The notes under the pieces were generated by a model. That model was given only the letters and a program-made list of their open reading frames with translations. It did not search any database and was not told where the DNA came from. From a virus (Duplodnaviria; Caudoviricetes), in the IMG/VR virus record IMGVR_UViG_3300001598_000050, positions 6,461 to 70,460 of that record: a stretch of 64,000 bases of DNA. The stretch is one strand, 5' to 3'. Positions 35,963-45,530 of this stretch are shown piece after piece. Made by a program: the position numbers and the translations under genes. Every line of letters begins with the position of its first letter. Positions within the stretch are counted from its first letter, which is position 1.

Positions 35963-36615
35963 TACTTTTTATCCTTTCGCTTTTTATATTTTATATTATA
36001 CGTATTATTTACAAAATATGTCTTAAATCTGTAAGTTACAGTTTTTGGAATACTTCTGTCGAGACAGTGCGTAGCCGGATAATCAAACTTAATCATAGTT
36101 ATTTCATCTGGTAAATCCAGACAACTTACTTTGCGCTTTACTTCATCAGTAAGTTCAGACAGCTTTGCAGGTGCTGAATAAGCTCCGTCGTCATTACGCC
36201 ATCTGACATAATAATTAGGTTCACTAAATACAAAAGCAATTACTAAGTCTGCATCATTCAGCTGATCCGGCGTGCACTTTGCAAAAGTTTCTACAGCTGC
36301 AAAAGTCTTTGTATCAAATGTAAACACATCCGGCCAGTTATTATACATAAAATCAGGCTTAAAGCTTCCTCTGCCACCCTTTATACTTTCATGGCCAGCT
36401 TCAACAAAATGAACCATGGGATTTAACTGACGGACTGCTTTTTCAAAAGCGTATGCATTCAGAAAAAGCTGTGCCTGGTATAACGCATTGCCTCTACGGT
36501 ATTTTTCAGGAATCGCAGCTTGAATAAACGCACAGACTTCGGAGGTATTAAAGACAGGCTCCTCAGCGGTAGACAGTAGCTTCCAGTTTTCTTGTAGATT
36601 AAACTCTGATAACAT
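35962..36615 (-). CDS. hypothetical protein
   Basis: 217-aa ORF after a promoter cassette. Confidence 0.7.
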   Translation of the reverse strand: MLSEFNLQENWKLLSTAEEPVFNTSEVCAFIQAAIPEKYRRGNALYQAQLFLNAYAFEKAVRQLNPMVHFVEAGHESIKGGRGSFKPDFMYNNWPDVFTFDTKTFAAVETFAKCTPDQLNDADLVIAFVFSEPNYYVRWRNDDGAYSAPAKLSELTDEVKRKVSCLDLPDEITMIKFDYPATHCLDRSIPKTVTYRFKTYFVNNTYNIKYKKRKDKK

Positions 36616-36644
36616 ATTCAGTTTCCTTTCATAGCTAATACTAT

Positions 36645-36685
36645 ATAATACAATAAAACAGGACCTGTTTTTACGCAGATCCTGC
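36645..36685 (-). promoter_or_regulatory. fused terminator hairpin (CGTAAAAA loop) and extended -10 promoter
   Basis: GCAGGATCTG-CGTAAAAA-CAGGTCCTGT-TTTATTG-TATTAT. Confidence 0.6.
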
Positions 36686-36693
36686 TAATAATG

Positions 36694-37488
36694 TTATTTT
36701 ACAAGCTTCAGCAAATTAGAAATTAAGGCCAATCGTGTAGTGAGTCCGCATCCGCCGGGTACTGGAGTCTTTTCACGGATCGTAACGGCTTCACAGTCAC
36801 CGCAAAGCTTACCTTCATCGTTTCTGTTAAGTCCGACATCAACTATAAAGCAATTTTTGCAAGTAGTCTTAATATCGTCATCTGTTAAAGTATTTCTGTG
36901 GCCAGTTGCAACAACAATAAGGTCAGCTCCGTCAAGTGCAGCCATTTTATTATAAGCAGATGTTTTACTGTGAATTACAGTTACATTGCAGTCTCGGTCA
37001 AGAAGCATTCTGGCAATAGGACGCCCGACAATATTACTTCTGCCAATTACTACAGCTTTCTTATCTCTGAATGTAAAATTCTGAGCTTCAAGATAATCAA
37101 TTATACCCGTCGGAGTTGCAGGGTCCACTAAGTGCTTTTTTGAAAAACCATCAACGTCTTTCTCGGGCTTTATAGCTTCAATTACTTTTGTCTCACTTAT
37201 GTGTTCAGGAAGTGGCAGTTGAACAATAAATCCGGATACGGTATCATCTGTATTAAGCTCTTCAATCAGCTGCAAGAGCTCATCTTCTGTTGTCTGATAA
37301 CTAAGCTTATGGTGAGTACAGGGAATACCTACTTCATCACAGTCTTTCAGCTTTCCACGCACATAACTGTTTGAAGCAGGATTATCACCCAACTGAATAA
37401 TAACTAAGGTAGGCTTTTTTTCTATGGCAGCAATTTCTGCCTTAAGTGCTTCTTTTCTCTGTTCTGCATATTCTTTAATTGTCTGCAT
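36694..37488 (-). CDS. folD: methylenetetrahydrofolate dehydrogenase/cyclohydrolase
   Basis: SNSYVRGK, FIVQLPLP, KDVDG, VIGRSNIVGRP, VDVG, TPVPGGCG. Confidence 0.95.
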   Translation of the reverse strand: MQTIKEYAEQRKEALKAEIAAIEKKPTLVIIQLGDNPASNSYVRGKLKDCDEVGIPCTHHKLSYQTTEDELLQLIEELNTDDTVSGFIVQLPLPEHISETKVIEAIKPEKDVDGFSKKHLVDPATPTGIIDYLEAQNFTFRDKKAVVIGRSNIVGRPIARMLLDRDCNVTVIHSKTSAYNKMAALDGADLIVVATGHRNTLTDDDIKTTCKNCFIVDVGLNRNDEGKLCGDCEAVTIREKTPVPGGCGLTTRLALISNLLKLVK

Positions 37489-37503
37489 TTCTATACCTCA
37501 TTT

Positions 37504-39135
37504 TTACATTTTACAAGCGAGCGGTTCTTTTGGTAAACCAGGCATTGTCATTACAGCGCCAGTAAGCGGTACAATAAATCCAGCTCCGGCGCTCAATCGA
37601 ACTTCACGTACATGAATAGTAAAGCCAGACGGTGCACCAAGAACTTTTGCGTCGTCTGTAAGTGAATTCGGTGTTTTTGCCATACAAACAGCTAAGTCTC
37701 CATATCCCATAGCTGTATACTGCTTAATCTGCTCTTCAGCTAATTCTGAATATTCAACCTTGTCAGCACCGTAGATTTGTCTGCAAATTGTGCCTATTTT
37801 TAATTTAATGCTGTCAGTAGCCGCAAGATCATATAGAGGTTTAAAATGTAATCCGAGTTTAGCTTTGTGATATTCTGGCAAATTAACACAGTACATAACT
37901 TGCTTGGCTAAATCCTCTGAGCCCGTGCTACCTTCAATTGCTGCGTTATTAATGGAATATGTCCAATGATAATAATCGTCCTTAAAAATATCTGTTAATG
38001 CTTCTAACTCTGCATCAGTATCACTTGGAAATCTGTTAATTGCGACAACTACTGGAACTCTATACTTGCGCATATTATAATAATGTTTTTCAAGATTGCA
38101 AATACCAGCTTTCATCGCTTCAATATTTTCCTTATCAAGGTCTTCAAAAGCGACACCACCATGCAGCTTTAATGCACGCACAGTTGCGACTAAAACTATA
38201 CAGTCTGGCTTTAATCCAGCTCTTTGACATTTAATATCAAGGAACTTCTCGGCGCCTAAATCAGCCCCAAAGCCTGCTTCGGTAACTACAACGTCAGCAA
38301 GCTTTAAGCCAAGCTTTGTTGCAATAACTGAGTTGCAGCCGTGCGCAATATTAGCGAAGGGACCACCGTGCACTAACACAGGGTTCTCTTCAAGAGTCTG
38401 AACAAGATTAGGACTCATTGCTGTGTGCATAAGCTTCTGGATAGCGCCTCTGATATGTAAATCTGCTACTCTTACAGGTAGCTCATCATAATCATAAGCA
38501 ACAATAATATTTTCAACGCGATCTAAAAATTCTTTTTCGTCATTTGCAATACAAAAAACCGCCATAAGTTCTGATGCAACTGTAATTACAAATTCCGACT
38601 TATGCTGGCCAGAGTATTTTTTGTCGCTATAATTAACAGTAATATCCCTGAGTGATCGATCATTCATGTCAAGGGCTCTTGTCCAAACAATTCTGTCTGG
38701 ATTAATGTTAAGCTCATTTCCTTGATAAATATGATTCTCTATCATTGCAGCAATTAAATTAATTGTAGAGGTCAGCGCATGAAAATCACCTGTAAAATGA
38801 AGGTTGATGTCATCACTTGGCACGATAGTTGACTTTAAGGCTCCGACTGCGCCGCCTTTAATACCAAACACAGGCCCCAAAGAAGGCTCTCTGAGACACG
38901 CAATTGAATTTACGCCAATATGCCTTAAACCATCATGAAGCCCAATTGTAGTAGTTGTCTTGCCTTCTCCAGCCTTTGTGGGTGTGATGGCAGTAACCAA
39001 CACAAGCTTACCGTCAGGCTTGTCTTTCAACTCCTTCATGTATTCCAAGTCAATCTTAGCCTTATCCCAGCCATATGGAATAACTTTTTCCTTAGGTATT
39101 CCAAGACTTTCCGCTAAATCAATAATGTTCTTCAA
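37504..39135 (-). CDS. fhs: formate-tetrahydrofolate ligase
   Basis: TPTKAGEGKTTT, LREPSLGP, HFTGDFHA, HGGPFANIAHG, TEAGFGADLG, MTMPGLP; likely TTG start at 39135 after AAGGAGG. Confidence 0.95.
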   Translation of the reverse strand: MKNIIDLAESLGIPKEKVIPYGWDKAKIDLEYMKELKDKPDGKLVLVTAITPTKAGEGKTTTTIGLHDGLRHIGVNSIACLREPSLGPVFGIKGGAVGALKSTIVPSDDINLHFTGDFHALTSTINLIAAMIENHIYQGNELNINPDRIVWTRALDMNDRSLRDITVNYSDKKYSGQHKSEFVITVASELMAVFCIANDEKEFLDRVENIIVAYDYDELPVRVADLHIRGAIQKLMHTAMSPNLVQTLEENPVLVHGGPFANIAHGCNSVIATKLGLKLADVVVTEAGFGADLGAEKFLDIKCQRAGLKPDCIVLVATVRALKLHGGVAFEDLDKENIEAMKAGICNLEKHYYNMRKYRVPVVVAINRFPSDTDAELEALTDIFKDDYYHWTYSINNAAIEGSTGSEDLAKQVMYCVNLPEYHKAKLGLHFKPLYDLAATDSIKLKIGTICRQIYGADKVEYSELAEEQIKQYTAMGYGDLAVCMAKTPNSLTDDAKVLGAPSGFTIHVREVRLSAGAGFIVPLTGAVMTMPGLPKEPLACKM

Positions 39136-39139
39136 ACAA

Positions 39140-39412
39140 TCAATCCTCCTTGGTAAATGTAAAGGCAGCAATATTTATAAAATTAGCCAGACTGCCTAAA
39201 TCATCTATACAATATGTTTTATGAAAATCGGGAGCATGAGTAAGATAGTCAGCAAATGAAATGACCTCTATTCCTGTATAACCATAGGCATGAATCTTTT
39301 CAAGCATTCTGTCTACATTCTGACAGACTATTACTGAATGTTCTTCAGCTGCAATTTCAATGAGTTCTTTTGTTTTTCCGCATCCGGGTCCTTTGATAAT
39401 TCCTTTTACCAT
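39140..39412 (-). CDS. small P-loop-containing hypothetical protein
   Basis: IIKGPGCGKTKELI Walker A-like motif in a 90-aa ORF. Confidence 0.6.
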   Translation of the reverse strand: MVKGIIKGPGCGKTKELIEIAAEEHSVIVCQNVDRMLEKIHAYGYTGIEVISFADYLTHAPDFHKTYCIDDLGSLANFINIAAFTFTKED

Positions 39413-39458
39413 TTTTAACTCCTGTTAAACTTATTCTGTGGCATATTTACCACAATAT

Positions 39459-39499
39459 ATTATACAATAAAAGGACTTGCATTTTTGTAGCAAGTCCTT
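39459..39499 (-). promoter_or_regulatory. fused terminator hairpin and extended -10 promoter
   Basis: AAGGACTTGC-TACAAAAAT-GCAAGTCCTT-TTATTG-TATAAT. Confidence 0.6.
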
Positions 39500-39516
39500 A
39501 ATATTTTTGTCAAAAA

Positions 39517-39738
39517 TTATTTTGCTTCTGTTGCCCAAATAGGTCCTTCAACAAAACGCAGCGATTCGTCAAGCTTATGAAAATCTTCTATGGTTTTTAC
39601 ACCAGCCAGTACCTGTAAAGCTTCATCAAATGTTAAAGCATTAGCCAAGGCAAAGTCTGTGACCTGGTCTTCATCATATTTATCTGCAATAATGGAAAGT
39701 AGCTCAGCTCGCTCTGAAGTTACCATAATATACCTCAC
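39517..39738 (-). CDS. hypothetical protein
   Basis: 73-aa ORF with its own TG-TATTAT upstream. Confidence 0.6.
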   Translation of the reverse strand: MRYIMVTSERAELLSIIADKYDEDQVTDFALANALTFDEALQVLAGVKTIEDFHKLDESLRFVEGPIWATEAK

Positions 39739-39773
39739 TTATAAGTTTTTACAATATATAATACAATAAAACT

Positions 39774-40304
39774 TCAGCGTAAAAATCGTTCAAAAGCACG
39801 ATCTGCTGAATTTTTTTCAGAATCGAGCCAAACTTTTTTTCTATGTATAAATGCACTGCCAATAACCATATACCGTTTACCTTCATTAGTCCGTAATAAA
39901 AATACTAATAAACGAATAGGCAAACTGGTTTCACCCTTGCACAAACGTAGAGCAAAAATAGGATAATCTGGCGCCTTATTTAATAAAGACTCAGACTCAG
40001 CTGCGCAACTACCATTTATTGCAACCGACGGAAGTATTGCATTCAAACGAGCAGCTGCTTTTTTAGCATCTTCATGTGGCATATCTGCAAAGCCTTTGAG
40101 AGCCTCTTTTGAAACTAAAAATGTCCAATACTGATTAGCTGCTACGCTAACTCCTGGAATTGCAGTGGTATCAAATAGTTCCTTATTTTTTTTCTGAGCA
40201 TCAACTTTTGCCTGAACAATCGAAGGGTCTATTCTAGGTCTGCTTGTTTGTTTACCCTCAGCTAAATTGGATAAATCTTCATAAACTTCAAAAAAAGTAG
40301 CCAT
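39774..40304 (-). CDS. hypothetical protein with a RelE/HigB-like C-terminal half
   Basis: IFALRL...IRLLVF...MVIGSAFIHRKKVW...EKNSADRAFERF resembles the RelE/ParE-family pattern. Confidence 0.4.
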   Translation of the reverse strand: MATFFEVYEDLSNLAEGKQTSRPRIDPSIVQAKVDAQKKNKELFDTTAIPGVSVAANQYWTFLVSKEALKGFADMPHEDAKKAAARLNAILPSVAINGSCAAESESLLNKAPDYPIFALRLCKGETSLPIRLLVFLLRTNEGKRYMVIGSAFIHRKKVWLDSEKNSADRAFERFLR

Positions 40305-40356
40305 TCAAGGAAGTCTCCAAATAAATTATTTTTTAATACAAATAATTTAGCGAATC

Positions 40357-40722
40357 TCAGGAAAGAACTTCTTGCGGAACTAAAAATGACCGTGAAAACT
40401 CTTCAGCACTGTATGTAGCCAACATAAGTGACTCTTTGTCCGTTGAGCTCACTACCCAGACACTAGGCTTAATTCTGATCGGTTTTTCAGAATAGTTATC
40501 AACTTCTACATATGCAGGAGTATCTCCGAATGGGTCAAAACTTCCATGGCCGTATACCCAGTCTTTAAGCAACATTTTATCGGGTTCTAAGCCTGGCTTA
40601 ACAAAAACTACATTTGCCTGAGTAAACTTATAGAGTAAGTTATCATATAGTTCTTTATAGTTAGTTCCGTCAAAATAAACAGCAGTGCAACTACTTTCTT
40701 TTAAGCAACACTTAATCATCAT
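40357..40722 (-). CDS. hypothetical protein
   Basis: 121-aa ORF overlapping the folA end. Confidence 0.65.
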   Translation of the reverse strand: MMIKCCLKESSCTAVYFDGTNYKELYDNLLYKFTQANVVFVKPGLEPDKMLLKDWVYGHGSFDPFGDTPAYVEVDNYSEKPIRIKPSVWVVSSTDKESLMLATYSAEEFSRSFLVPQEVLS

Positions 40723-41248
40723 GTATCACCATTTCACGCTCTGGCTGTAAACGGCTGTAAGTTACAAAGCTGAACTTGGTTCCATTTTCTTCCAGGATAT
40801 CGTCTTTTTCTGTCATGCTTGTAATAATAAAGTCAGGGCTCTCGTCAAGATTAGGAAAAAATACAGTAGCATCTTTATCTGCTGCCTCTACCTTTGTTAC
40901 AAACACTTCATCACAGTAAGGTAACATAGACTTATACATCATTCCGCCACCAATAACCCAGACCGTATTAGTTATGCTCAGTACCTTTACCATTTTTACA
41001 AGCTGCTCAAAGTCGTGTACACAAATACAATCTGCATATTCATGACCTTCAGGACAAAGCACAATAGTTGAACGGCCTTTCAGCGGCTTCTGCTTTGGAA
41101 AACTCCGCAGAGTATTTTCGCCGCAGACAACAATCTTATTCATTGTCTTAGTCCTAAACTGCTGCATATCTGCCTGCAGGTTAAATAGCAAACCGTTATT
41201 CTTACCTATACCCCAGTTCTTGTCAACTGCTACAATAGCTTTAATCAT
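40712..41248 (-). CDS. folA: dihydrofolate reductase
   Basis: AIVAVDKNWGIGKNNGL, DMQQFRTKT, PLKGR, WVIGGGMMY, FFP. Confidence 0.93.
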   Translation of the reverse strand: MIKAIVAVDKNWGIGKNNGLLFNLQADMQQFRTKTMNKIVVCGENTLRSFPKQKPLKGRSTIVLCPEGHEYADCICVHDFEQLVKMVKVLSITNTVWVIGGGMMYKSMLPYCDEVFVTKVEAADKDATVFFPNLDESPDFIITSMTEKDDILEENGTKFSFVTYSRLQPEREMVIHDD

Positions 41249-41684
41249 TTTTAGTCACCTTCTTCAAAATTCCTTTTTCATCTCGTTTATACAATAAACC
41301 TGCTCTGTTGTATACTTCGTTTATTCCAGCATTCTTGATAAGTCGCAGACAGATCTCACACGGCTCTGCGTTGACTTCTTCTTCCTTTGCCACGTCCCAG
41401 CCGGCTAAATAAAGCGTTCCGCCAAACATATCACGACGTGCCACACTTATTATAGCATTCATTTCTGCATGAACTGCCGGGCAAGTGCAGTAAGTTGCCA
41501 TATCTTTGCCAGAATCAATCTTTGAGCAGACTTCGCAGTGCGGTTCTCCTCGGGGCGGACCATTATAACCGGTCCCGCAAATTTCGCTGTTATTTACAAT
41601 TACTGCTCCGTAATGCTTTTTCAGGCAGGTAGACTTCCAGGCTGCAGACTGGGCAATCCCAATATAATATTCATCAATGTTCAT
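41241..41684 (-). CDS. dCMP deaminase
   Basis: STCLKKHYGAVIV, GYNGPPRG, HAEMNAI, PCEIC zinc motif. Confidence 0.88.
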   Translation of the reverse strand: MNIDEYYIGIAQSAAWKSTCLKKHYGAVIVNNSEICGTGYNGPPRGEPHCEVCSKIDSGKDMATYCTCPAVHAEMNAIISVARRDMFGGTLYLAGWDVAKEEEVNAEPCEICLRLIKNAGINEVYNRAGLLYKRDEKGILKKVTKND

Positions 41685-41687
41685 AAA

Positions 41688-42152
41688 TTAATCAATATAA
41701 GTAAGCTGATAGTCAATATCAGTGGGCACGTTATCTTCCCAAATATACTCGTTTTTACGAATAAATTCATTATAAGTTGCAGCAGTATTATTTACTCGAA
41801 TTTTATACTGACTGGCAAATGTTTCATACTCATTTGCTTTTTCTAAATATTGCTTCTTAAGGGCTTCATCATCTGTTGAATTATACTTTTCAATAAAAGC
41901 ATCATACTGCGCTTTATTTGAATCATAATTCTGTTTATCAGCTTTGTACTGAGCCATCATTGATCTACAATTAACTTCGACTTTTTTCTGATTTTCATAC
42001 TTAGTATTATCATCAGTACCCTTCAAAGCTGCTTTATATGAATTCCAAAAAGCAATTCCTGAAGGTGTGCAAGAAGTAAAAATACCAAAAAGCATTGCAC
42101 ATACAAGAAGTACCCCAAGAATAAAAAGTATAACTTTTGAGTGTGTATTCAT
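41688..42152 (-). CDS. putative lipoprotein
   Basis: basic N-terminus, hydrophobic stretch, lipobox-like FTSC. Confidence 0.6.
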   Translation of the reverse strand: MNTHSKVILFILGVLLVCAMLFGIFTSCTPSGIAFWNSYKAALKGTDDNTKYENQKKVEVNCRSMMAQYKADKQNYDSNKAQYDAFIEKYNSTDDEALKKQYLEKANEYETFASQYKIRVNNTAATYNEFIRKNEYIWEDNVPTDIDYQLTYID

Positions 42153-42157
42153 TTTGT

Positions 42158-42712
42158 TTATTCTCCTATTTCATATTTTACAACTGGGCTATCGATGCTC
42201 ATAGGAATATCTGAATATAAATAATCTCCAGACCATTCAATATATTTTCCATCTACTGTGAAGAAAAAGATACCAGAATCATTTTCTCCATATGAGCCAT
42301 CCACATCAGCAAGCCAACAATTAACTGATGATCCATATGTATAATACTCACTATCAGGTGTCAAAAATGAATTAAGTGAACTTACTTTACCATCAACAGT
42401 AAAACTACCAACTGTGGTATTCCCTATGAATAGTACGATGTAACCCATAGGTTTTTCTATTTCACATGCAAGTGATACTGCCTCTTCTCGCTTGCCATTA
42501 ACCCAATAAGTCCTTCTAATTAGATTATAACGTTCTAGCGAATAATCTAGATCAGTTGGTGTTGGCTGGTTTGCCTGCAAAATGTTTGCTACCTGCTTTG
42601 TCTTAGAAACATCAGAGTAGGAACCAGATGAAGTCGTATCAAAACAACTTGTAAGCAATACAACTAGAAGCAACATAAGTGCAAACACAATAAATACATT
42701 TTTCTTTTTCAT
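42158..42712 (-). CDS. putative lipoprotein
   Basis: MKKK, hydrophobic stretch, lipobox LTSC. Confidence 0.7.
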   Translation of the reverse strand: MKKKNVFIVFALMLLLVVLLTSCFDTTSSGSYSDVSKTKQVANILQANQPTPTDLDYSLERYNLIRRTYWVNGKREEAVSLACEIEKPMGYIVLFIGNTTVGSFTVDGKVSSLNSFLTPDSEYYTYGSSVNCWLADVDGSYGENDSGIFFFTVDGKYIEWSGDYLYSDIPMSIDSPVVKYEIGE

Positions 42713-42851
42713 TTTTTAAGTTTCCTTTGCCTTTACTTTATTTTTATATATTATTTCTTTTTTTCAGATTTAAGCTCAAACCCAGCTCATTGTTTATTTT
42801 AATGTTCATAATTTCTTACAAAATAGCTTATAACGTGCATAATTATATACA

Positions 42852-43313
42852 TTATTTCTTTTTTTCAGACTCGAGCTTAAAGCCAACCCACTGCTTAATA
42901 GCTACATCAAACATATATAGTTTATCTATTGTATAATTTGAACCAAGCTTTGAGAAATACTCAATCGCTTCATCGGTACTTGTAAACATATAACTGTTGC
43001 AATAAGTATAAGTAACACCTGAAACTTTATGTTTCAAAATAGCTGTAACGATAAGCCAGCCGGCATTTGAATAACCTGTGAGTACTTCAGTAAGATGGCT
43101 GTTATTAGTAATATAATCGAATGTCAGATCAGCTGTCTGAACTACTCCAAACTCATAACCGACTGCTTTATTTTCATACGTCTTTGCTCTCTTTGCCAGA
43201 GCTTTTGCAAATACTTTTGCAAACTGTTTTCTCAGCTTATCATCTGCTTTTTTCTGCTTCTGATCATACTTAGCTTTTGCAGTATTAAACTGCGCAGTAG
43301 TGATAAATTTCAT
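42852..43313 (-). CDS. hypothetical protein
   Basis: 153-aa ORF, basic N-terminus. Confidence 0.65.
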   Translation of the reverse strand: MKFITTAQFNTAKAKYDQKQKKADDKLRKQFAKVFAKALAKRAKTYENKAVGYEFGVVQTADLTFDYITNNSHLTEVLTGYSNAGWLIVTAILKHKVSGVTYTYCNSYMFTSTDEAIEYFSKLGSNYTIDKLYMFDVAIKQWVGFKLESEKKK

Positions 43314-43323
43314 ATCTAACTCC

Positions 43324-43932
43324 TTAATTTAGTGAGCAAGCGCTGAGGTCTAAAATTGCCTGCAATTCGCCTGCGCTTTTTTCTGTATAAATTCTCTCAA
43401 GCCATTTCTTATTAGCTTTATACCAGACAAAAAATACTTCTTCACACATCTGGTAAAGATTCCAGAGCATAAACTCAGTAAAAAATGCTGAATCTTCGTG
43501 CATAATTCTTTTGCCTTTGCATTTAGTTTCCCAGTAATTCCAGAGCATCTCAGGCTGCCAGTTATCTTTATTATAAGCTTTAGAAGCGCCAAGCATATCA
43601 CAGACACTTTCTACTACATATTTATAGGGCATCTTAATTGGAATAATTTCGCCGATTTCCGATTCATCCCAGAAAAATTGAAAATGATGTTTGTTGATAT
43701 GGTAGTGGTGCGTCCAAGACGGTGAATAGCCGAGCTGCTCTCTGCACACCTGATGAGGTGACTTTTTGCCTGTATAGTACTTAGCTATAGACAGCTCTGT
43801 TAATGAATACTTACTAAGATCATGTGTAAGTCCTTGCCAGTATAATCCGGCTTTAAAACAAGCTTTTCTTACATACTTTCTGTGTATATGTACTGTTTGT
43901 AAATGTTTTACAAGATTTTTAAAATTACTCAT
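43324..43932 (-). CDS. His-rich HD-like phage protein
   Basis: HLQTVHIHRKYV, HDLSKYS, HHYHINKHH, CDMLGA; start at 43932 after GAGGA. Confidence 0.65.
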   Translation of the reverse strand: MSNFKNLVKHLQTVHIHRKYVRKACFKAGLYWQGLTHDLSKYSLTELSIAKYYTGKKSPHQVCREQLGYSPSWTHHYHINKHHFQFFWDESEIGEIIPIKMPYKYVVESVCDMLGASKAYNKDNWQPEMLWNYWETKCKGKRIMHEDSAFFTEFMLWNLYQMCEEVFFVWYKANKKWLERIYTEKSAGELQAILDLSACSLN

Positions 43933-43963
43933 TACTGTCCTCATTCAAAATTTTTCTTAATAT

Positions 43964-44001
43964 ATTATACAATAAAAAGAGCTGATATTTCACAGCTCTT
44001 T
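43964..44001 (-). promoter_or_regulatory. fused terminator hairpin and extended -10 promoter
   Basis: AAAGAGCTG-TGAAATAT-CAGCTCTTT-TTATTG-TATAAT. Confidence 0.6.
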
Positions 44002-44008
44002 ATAAATT

Positions 44009-44287
44009 TTAGTATTTAGCTAAAAACGTCTGATAATTGGCACTAGATGTCTGAGGTATGACTTTATCAAAGTCACACATATAATCGTACAGTTTAGGTA
44101 CAATATAGTGCATAGCTCTCTGATATATAATAATATTTGCCAAATCCAATCCTAAACTATGTTTTTTACTTTTATCGAGGTCTGAGGTTGAAAAATATTC
44201 ATAGACTACAGGTTGATTGACTTTCTTAATATGTTCAGTAGCTATAAGCTTTCTAGCTTTTTTGAAATTCTTATGTGTTATTTTCAT
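44009..44287 (-). CDS. hypothetical protein
   Basis: 92-aa ORF. Confidence 0.55.
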   Translation of the reverse strand: MKITHKNFKKARKLIATEHIKKVNQPVVYEYFSTSDLDKSKKHSLGLDLANIIIYQRAMHYIVPKLYDYMCDFDKVIPQTSSANYQTFLAKY

Positions 44288-44600
44288 TGTTTTTCATATT
44301 CCTTCTACACTTAGTGGTGCACTCAACAGCAGTAGTGAAAACTCTTTCAAGTTCTTCTAATCTTACATAATTTAGTTTATCACCAGGCACTACGTCCAAT
44401 GCTTGCCTACAAGTTGGATTTGGACAAATAATCTGTCGTACTTGTAAATGCTGCCAAGTAGGTTTTTTAAGGTCCGCTATTGACATAGCTACAAAGTTAG
44501 TTTTAATCTCCCACTCGGCAAATTTGAATTCACAGCTACAGATAGGACATACTTTGTGATAAATATTTTCTACATCACGTCCAGGTTTAATTATTTTCAT
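44271..44600 (-). CDS. zinc-ribbon hypothetical protein
   Basis: CPICSC...CPNPTC; start moved to MKIIKPG at 44600. Confidence 0.6.
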   Translation of the reverse strand: MKIIKPGRDVENIYHKVCPICSCEFKFAEWEIKTNFVAMSIADLKKPTWQHLQVRQIICPNPTCRQALDVVPGDKLNYVRLEELERVFTTAVECTTKCRRNMKNNENNT

Positions 44601-44601
44601 C

Positions 44602-45525
44602 TTAATTTTCAAACTCATCTGCAAGTCTTGCTGTCGCACTACGCTCAGACTTAGGTAAATCAACATAGCCGAAGAGCGGGTTTCCGGCAAGGACTTCAAT
44701 CATACGTTTAAGTCCAGGCGACTTTTCAAACAGAGGTCTGTCAACCTGATGCTTAAAGTCACCGTCAAAAATCAGATAAGAACCTTCACCGGCTTTTGCA
44801 ATAATCAGCTTTACAAGCTCTTCTGTAAGATTCTGGGCTTCTGAGCAGATAATAACACATCTGTCAAGATTTCTGCCACGGATAAACCCGAGTGCAGGCA
44901 CTTCCAGCTGTCCTTTTTCAAGCAGCTTTTCTACACGTGCTTCACCCTGTAAATGGTCAATAAAGGGTCCTAAAAACGGCTTAAGCTTTTCAAGCTGATC
45001 CCCAGGCAGATAGCCAATGCTTTCAGCTCCTGCAGCAGTAACATTATTTCTGAGCCAGATAATCTTGTCTATTTTGCCTTCATTAAGCATCTGCATAGCT
45101 GCATAAACAGCAAGCATAGTCTTTCCGGAACCATAAGAGCCTGTAAGCAGCTTACAAGTAATCTTGTCGTTGTTCAACAGATCAAATGCACAAATCTGCT
45201 CTTCGTTTTTCGGCGTAATGGTATTGACTTTTGCGGATTTATAAGGTGATTTACTGCGCTTCTTGGACTTTTCTGCCGCAGTAGCTTCGTCAGACTGTTC
45301 ACCTGCTTTATCTTTTTTTAACTCAAAAGACAGTGAACCGCCGTGCAGCTGTACAAGCTTGTGCGCTTCGCAGCGGTAAAAACCTTTCTGGCCGTCAGCA
45401 AACTTAATAATCAAGTACTCGTTTTCCTGAAGCTCAAAAGGCACATTGCCGGTTGTATAAAACTCAGCACATTCTAAATCGGTAGGTTCCCACTTTCGGT
45501 AACCTGTATAATCAAATCTGTTCAT
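44602..45525 (-). CDS. phoH: PhoH-like ATPase
   Basis: TGSYGSGKT, IGYLPGDQLEK, FIRGRNL, SEAQN, FDGD..Q.D, SERS. Confidence 0.92.
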   Translation of the reverse strand: MNRFDYTGYRKWEPTDLECAEFYTTGNVPFELQENEYLIIKFADGQKGFYRCEAHKLVQLHGGSLSFELKKDKAGEQSDEATAAEKSKKRSKSPYKSAKVNTITPKNEEQICAFDLLNNDKITCKLLTGSYGSGKTMLAVYAAMQMLNEGKIDKIIWLRNNVTAAGAESIGYLPGDQLEKLKPFLGPFIDHLQGEARVEKLLEKGQLEVPALGFIRGRNLDRCVIICSEAQNLTEELVKLIIAKAGEGSYLIFDGDFKHQVDRPLFEKSPGLKRMIEVLAGNPLFGYVDLPKSERSATARLADEFEN

Positions 45526-45530
45526 TTTAG

